From Ostrea edulis (lineage: Eukaryota), in NCBI RefSeq assembly GCF_947568905.1, contig NC_079168.1:12276001-12340000 (forward strand): DNA of 64,000 nucleotides. The letters are read 5' to 3'. The notes beneath the pieces were generated by a model. It was not told where the DNA came from, ran no database searches, and saw only the letters and a list, made by a program, of their open reading frames with translations. The position numbers and the translations under genes were made by a program. Each line of letters starts with the position of its first letter. The stretch's first letter is position 1. Shown piece after piece: positions 59,018-64,000 of this stretch.

Positions 59018-61048
59018 TTACAAAAGATACTGGAATATCTTCACCATTCCATTGCTGCCGCCCACCCACAGGTAGCCATCATTGTCAACGGCAACGGAGA
59101 ACGGCTGCTTGATTGTTTTATCTGACTTAGTGAGGTGACTTACAAACTGTCCCTGCTGGTCCAACAGATGGACGCAATTGCTTTTATAGTCCGCGATAAT
59201 CACGTTACCGTAGCGATCACACGTGATCCCACATGGCTCGCCAAGTTTGGTGGACTCCATGCCCGTGTATTTACGTTTGACTTTCCCGTCATCAGAGAGG
59301 ATGTGAACACACCCTTCATTGTGATCAGAAACATAAATATCACCATTCAGATTTTCGGCGATTCTTCGTGGGTACTTCATCTGGACATTTGCTCTCTCGA
59401 ATTCTGCAACAACCTTGCTTCCCACTTTTGAGTATTTCACGACGACATTTTTATCCGTCGGTCGATAGGCGTCATATGTGCTGGACTTTGTGAGACAGAT
59501 GAGAAGATCCCCACTCTGCGATAGAGCTATACCTCTCGGAAAGTCATGCAAAAGTACCATGTCACGAATTCTAATGTCCTTATTCAGCATCTTAATGCAA
59601 CGATTCTTCCGACATGAAATATACACATTGTCATGGTCGTCGGAAGTGATGTAATCGATGTCAACGTCATTTCCGAGTTTTATCGTACGTATTCGAGTAC
59701 CTTCGCGGCTTATGAAGTGAAGACGAGGATCAAATCCACACACTACCCATGCTCTTCCCCCCGATACAGGTGCAATCCCGCGAATCAGATGCATTCCTGG
59801 GACCTTATAGTGACCACACTCCGTGACTGTTACAGTTGTAGTGCCTTGTTTTGAGACTGCTCCGAACATATCTGGGACTATCGTTTCTTCCGTTTGTGGT
59901 TCTGTAAAGTTCAGTTCAAAGCGAGGAATGAAACCCACTGGTAACATTTTTGACGCTTCTTGCAAATGAAATTGCAACGTTTCTTTGCTAACGGCTATGT
60001 CTTGATTTGAGCCGAAATCGATACAATGTTTCGCCGCCGCTACTTGGGATGTGACAAACGTTATTGCCTCAGCCACTCGATTTTTGAAAATGACTATCCT
60101 ATCCTCTTCTATTTGAATTTCAGAGTTTATCTGAAAGACAAATTTCTCTCTTAGATCATCAATTTCTTTATGTAACCGTTCAGAACGTGCATCAACTTGC
60201 GCAATCAAACTTTCTCTCACATTTGAAAAGGCATTTTCATTGGTTTCAACGTCTTTTAGTCTATCTTTAAGTGACGGCAAGTAACTCTGCAAAAGATTCA
60301 CCGAATCGGCCAGTTCTTTCTTTACTTCACTCGCAAACTCTGATATGCCTTGTGTATTGTGGAGTTCGTGAGCGGCATCTCTGCAAATCGAACAAATGGG
60401 CAATCTACATTTGAAACAAAAGATGTTGATTTCCTGCTTATGCTGATCGCAATAAGAACGTGACGTCATTTTCTGACCGTGTTCGTCGGGTTTTTCCGAG
60501 ACCAAATGATGAGACTTAGACATGGTCATTTTCAAATGAATCTTTCCACATCTGGCACAAAAATTCTGTTTACATTCCAAACAGTAATTTTCTGCATGTG
60601 TTTTGTTGTCATCGCATGTCTCACAAAATGTGTCTTGCATATTTTTAGTCGCCTGTAGCGCTGTGATATAAATATTGGGTTTGAAACCCTGGACCCCGTC
60701 AACGGGGACCGGGTGTTTGAATTTACATAACGGACATGTGAAGTGACCACACTCTTCAGTTTGATCTATGTAGTCTTTCAGACACCTGCTGCAGTAACTA
60801 TGGAAACAAGGAAGCATTCGAGGGTCGGTATAATCATCAAAACACAATCCACACCATTCAAATTGACTGTCCTCTTTCAATACGGTCCGAGGAGTTCGGG
60901 TTATTCCTGGTTCCTCGGAAATTGCAGTCATTTTTCTTTGAACGGTACTCGAACTCCTTACAGTGGCGGAAGTTGAGATAGAAACACTACTGAGACTGGA
61001 AGAAAGTTCCCGCAATGCTTCGCTGCTTCCGCTGACATTGGAGTACAT
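59018..61048 (-). CDS. TRIM-NHL family E3 ligase (RING, B-box1, B-box2, coiled coil, NHL beta-propeller), single coding exon, 676 aa
   Basis: RING CGLCFDDYTDPRMLPCFHSYCSRCL...CPLC, B-boxes CETC...CLEC...C..C..IH and CDQH...C..C...C..C...H, helical region, and NHL repeats (PRGIAL, YPRRIA, PCGITCD..GNVIIAD, PFSVAVD..GYLWVG). Confidence 0.9.
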   Translation of the reverse strand: MYSNVSGSSEALRELSSSLSSVSISTSATVRSSSTVQRKMTAISEEPGITRTPRTVLKEDSQFEWCGLCFDDYTDPRMLPCFHSYCSRCLKDYIDQTEECGHFTCPLCKFKHPVPVDGVQGFKPNIYITALQATKNMQDTFCETCDDNKTHAENYCLECKQNFCARCGKIHLKMTMSKSHHLVSEKPDEHGQKMTSRSYCDQHKQEINIFCFKCRLPICSICRDAAHELHNTQGISEFASEVKKELADSVNLLQSYLPSLKDRLKDVETNENAFSNVRESLIAQVDARSERLHKEIDDLREKFVFQINSEIQIEEDRIVIFKNRVAEAITFVTSQVAAAKHCIDFGSNQDIAVSKETLQFHLQEASKMLPVGFIPRFELNFTEPQTEETIVPDMFGAVSKQGTTTVTVTECGHYKVPGMHLIRGIAPVSGGRAWVVCGFDPRLHFISREGTRIRTIKLGNDVDIDYITSDDHDNVYISCRKNRCIKMLNKDIRIRDMVLLHDFPRGIALSQSGDLLICLTKSSTYDAYRPTDKNVVVKYSKVGSKVVAEFERANVQMKYPRRIAENLNGDIYVSDHNEGCVHILSDDGKVKRKYTGMESTKLGEPCGITCDRYGNVIIADYKSNCVHLLDQQGQFVSHLTKSDKTIKQPFSVAVDNDGYLWVGGSNGMVKIFQYLL

Positions 61049-62481
61049 GATGATGAAGGTCTATGATGTCAAAAAAGATACCGGTGTTGTATATTTGGTA
61101 AAACCACGTTTTCCATAGTTCCAAGCAATATGTATAGCTTCGTTGTCAAACTCGCAATTTGCTGTACAATGTATAGAGACATGCTGAATGAAATCATTCT
61201 TTTGGAAAGTACTTTCTGTTAATTGAAACCACGCGGCTCACTAGCGCATGTAATCTTACATTATACCCACAATGGTTTGACACCAGTTTTGATCTCATTA
61301 ATATAAATTTAAAGTTCCTTTGTATTACATTCGGTGTAAACAATGCTATCCTTTAATATCTGTAAACTACAACAGATGAAACGAAGGAACATCTTGGAGA
61401 GAAATAAGGAAATAATACTAACTATTATTAATTAACAAATAATCAAAACTAATCAGAACTGTAAGATTGTGGGTCTTGTACATATTCCTTTGTATTACTT
61501 TAATAATTTAAACTACATGAGGATGTTCCCGCACTAAAGTATTCAATGTGAAGGGATAATTGTATAAGAATTTTTAATGACTTATCAAAATAAATGTTTG
61601 TTGTTACACAATTATGAAAGTGAAGTAGATCAAATTGAAATGAGTAGATACTGACCTTTTTACACTGGAGACTTTTTGAAGAGTTATCCTCCCTTGGTGA
61701 ATAAGAAAAATCTGCAAGAATATGTGTGGCAAATGATTAATTTTATTTCATATTAATAGAACATTCTTTTCCCATACACTTCAATAGAAAATTCTAAATG
61801 AAATAAATAGAGGATTATTTTTATTTGATGAACTAACCTTCGATATGATACAAATGGACCCATGATTACAAAAACCCTATCCTCCATTTACTAGATATGA
61901 TAGTTTTGAAGAATTTACTTCTGTAACCTAACCTCATAGGATGAAGAACCGTGAATTGATTTTTTGTTTTATTTTTTATAGTTACTATCCATTCAGGACT
62001 ATGTAACACGGCCTAGCTATACATAGATGGCAAGAAATCGGAGCAGTATCCCCACACTTGACCTAACTTTACAAGATAGCTTTCATGCAAGTTTTGGCAT
62101 TTCTGGTTCAATGATTCTTTAGAAAAACATATAAACCCCATCCTATTTTCAGTCTCCCCCTCGCCGGGATATTCTCTCATAGCGAGCGAATGATTTTATG
62201 TACATGTTATTTTGATGCATACGATACCGCCACCTATTGGGAAAGCACCTGCATTAACGGAAGTAAACATGTGTCATCCATGTTTCTTAGGACAAACGAG
62301 TTGATGAGAGTGGCTAGTTGTTTTTATCTGTGTTTTGCAGATGCTGTTGTTTATCTAATGTTTTTTGTACGTATTTAAAACGTGACACACTTACTGTGTG
62401 AGGGGCCGTAACATTTGATTTTTGTATTGTTTACAGTAATCCTGAGTCTTAAACAGTGCAGTTCTAATTTAATCAGTCTAC

Positions 62482-63160
62482 ATGGTTAAAATGAGTGTAT
62501 CGTCTGTGCCGTCTGCTGGATCCAGTGCTCGAAGTACACCTGTTCCGAGTCAAAATTCCCCGGGTCCAATATCATACAAACCCATTATTCCCAGTCAATA
62601 TGGAGCAGCCATCGCTAAACAGAGTGACGAGGATCTCAGAAGAAAAGGGGTGGAGGATCTCTTGCGCATGGTTCGGCGTCTAGACTCGGAAAACAGATCA
62701 ATCATAGCAGAGCACAGCAGCATCATCAAGGATGTAAACAGACGCGTTCAGATATACAACATGGAAATGCGAGGCCTGAAGGACATTAACCAGAAGCTTC
62801 AGGACGACAACCAGGAGCTCCGAGACTTGTGCTGCTTTCTGGATGATGACAGACAAAAAAGTAGGAAGCTGGCTCGTGAGTGGCAGCGCTTTGGACGATA
62901 CACAGCCTCAGTGATGAGAAGTGAAGTGTCAGCTTATCAGGAAAAACTCAAAGCTCTTGAGGGTAAACAGGACGAGTTGATCTCGGAGAATATTGAACTC
63001 AAAGAGTTGTGTTTGTATCTTGATCAAGAGCGCATCCGTTTTACCCAGACCCGGGATGATGGGGATGGTAGCAGTAATAGCACAACAGCTGGGAATGAAG
63101 AAAATGTACAATCACCACAGATTCCTGATGTTGCAGTTACCAATGACTTAAACAGAAGAG
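62482..63160 (+). CDS. CCDC85: Coiled-coil domain-containing protein 85 (CCDC85C-like), first coding exon
   Basis: LKDINQKLQDDNQELRDLCCFLDDDRQKSRKLAREWQRFGRYTASVMRSEV...ELKELCLYLD is the CCDC85 signature. Probable donor AGAG|GTTTGC at 63160/63161; the gene continues beyond the window. Confidence 0.88.
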
Positions 63161-63239
63161 GTTTGCATCACTCTAAATTCCTACAATCTACATAGGTCTA
63201 CCTCTCATAGATTCAATTTCACATGTATGTAATCACAAT

Positions 63240-63736
63240 TAGGGCTGTCACGGTTCCAAAAAATTTCGGGTCGGGTCGGTTCTAAAAATTTTATTTCGGG
63301 TTCGGGTATTTCGGTTCGGGTCTATATATTTAAGAATCTAATATCAGTTCAAATAAAAAACCTTCATTGTATTTTGCCACAATAATTACTCGTAACGTGG
63401 ACTAAGGTTTAGACTCGACATCCATGGTACTAGAAACAGCATTGTCACTTCTACTCGTTTCCATCCATGCTTTCAATGTTTTGTCATTGACGATGTTGCT
63501 CCTGTGGCGTATTTTCAATGCGTCCGACATATCTTACATGTACTGTCATTATTTACAGTTTTGTCGACAATGCCATCATTTAACAATTGATCAAAATGCA
63601 GCCACCTTTGAGGATTTTGCCGACATAATGATTCTATTTGAAAAACCGAACCGAAATACGGAAAAATGGAACCGAACCCGACCCGAACAACATGACCTGC
63701 GGTTTTTGGTTATTTCGGGTACCCGTTGCAGCCCTA
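63240..63736. mobile_element. hAT-superfamily MITE (8-bp TSD)
   Basis: TIRs TAGGGCTGTCACGG / CCGTTGCAGCCCTA, subterminal TTCGG/CCGAA repeats, exact TSD ATCACAAT at 63232-63239 and 63737-63744. Confidence 0.9.
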
Positions 63737-64000
63737 ATCACAATGCAATTGCATGTACAATAAATCTTTGCATTTTTTCTCTAAGTTGGAAATAGATATG
63801 ATTTGTATGTATTACAACTGACAACTGCAGGCATCATTAAAAACTTTTCATGAAATGGGCATTTGGACCTGTATAGCAGGATTGTTTACTAGACCATTAG
63901 GAGAAATTTGCAACCCCAAATTAAATACAGTATATTGCGGTTTTGAAAGTGAAAAAATCAAGAGTTCAACTCTCCGCCATGATCGAATTTGGGTTGCATT

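Noticed and set aside
63161-63795. CCDC85 ORF read-through to the stop at 63195, and ORF 63424-63795
   Set aside because: CCDC85 proteins are normally longer and a donor exists at 63161; the second ORF lies almost entirely within the hAT MITE.

Overview
AT-rich, intron-rich animal genomic DNA, most likely an oyster (Ostreidae), inferred from ~166-bp Cg170-like satellite units inside Helentron-type elements. I reconstructed seven protein-coding genes by hand, using splice signals, phase continuity and recalled homology: TDP1 (-, runs off the left edge, N-terminal PBZ finger), B9D2 (+), NDUFAF7 (-), ERO1 (+), an uncharacterised 2OG-Fe(II) oxygenase with a C-terminal TPR-like hairpin (-), an intronless TRIM-NHL gene (-) and a CCDC85 gene (+, runs off the right edge). 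They form three head-to-head pairs. Introns and intergenic DNA hold HINE/Helentron, MULE-, hAT-, Harbinger- and Kolobok-like MITEs, SINEs and an L1/Tx1 fragment. The strongest unexplained signals are three. (1) Six of about eleven non-transposon tandem arrays are amplified copies of the host gene's own exon-intron junction, in four different genes. (2) A cluster of frame-preserving phase-1 microexon candidates lies in the ERO1 loop between the Cys208 and Cys241 equivalents. (3) A compact NDUFAF7/ERO1 bidirectional promoter carries a cluster of ACGT-core motifs (CRE, UPRE, HRE, E-box), partly inside NDUFAF7 coding sequence. All gene models and family calls were made by eye, without database searches.
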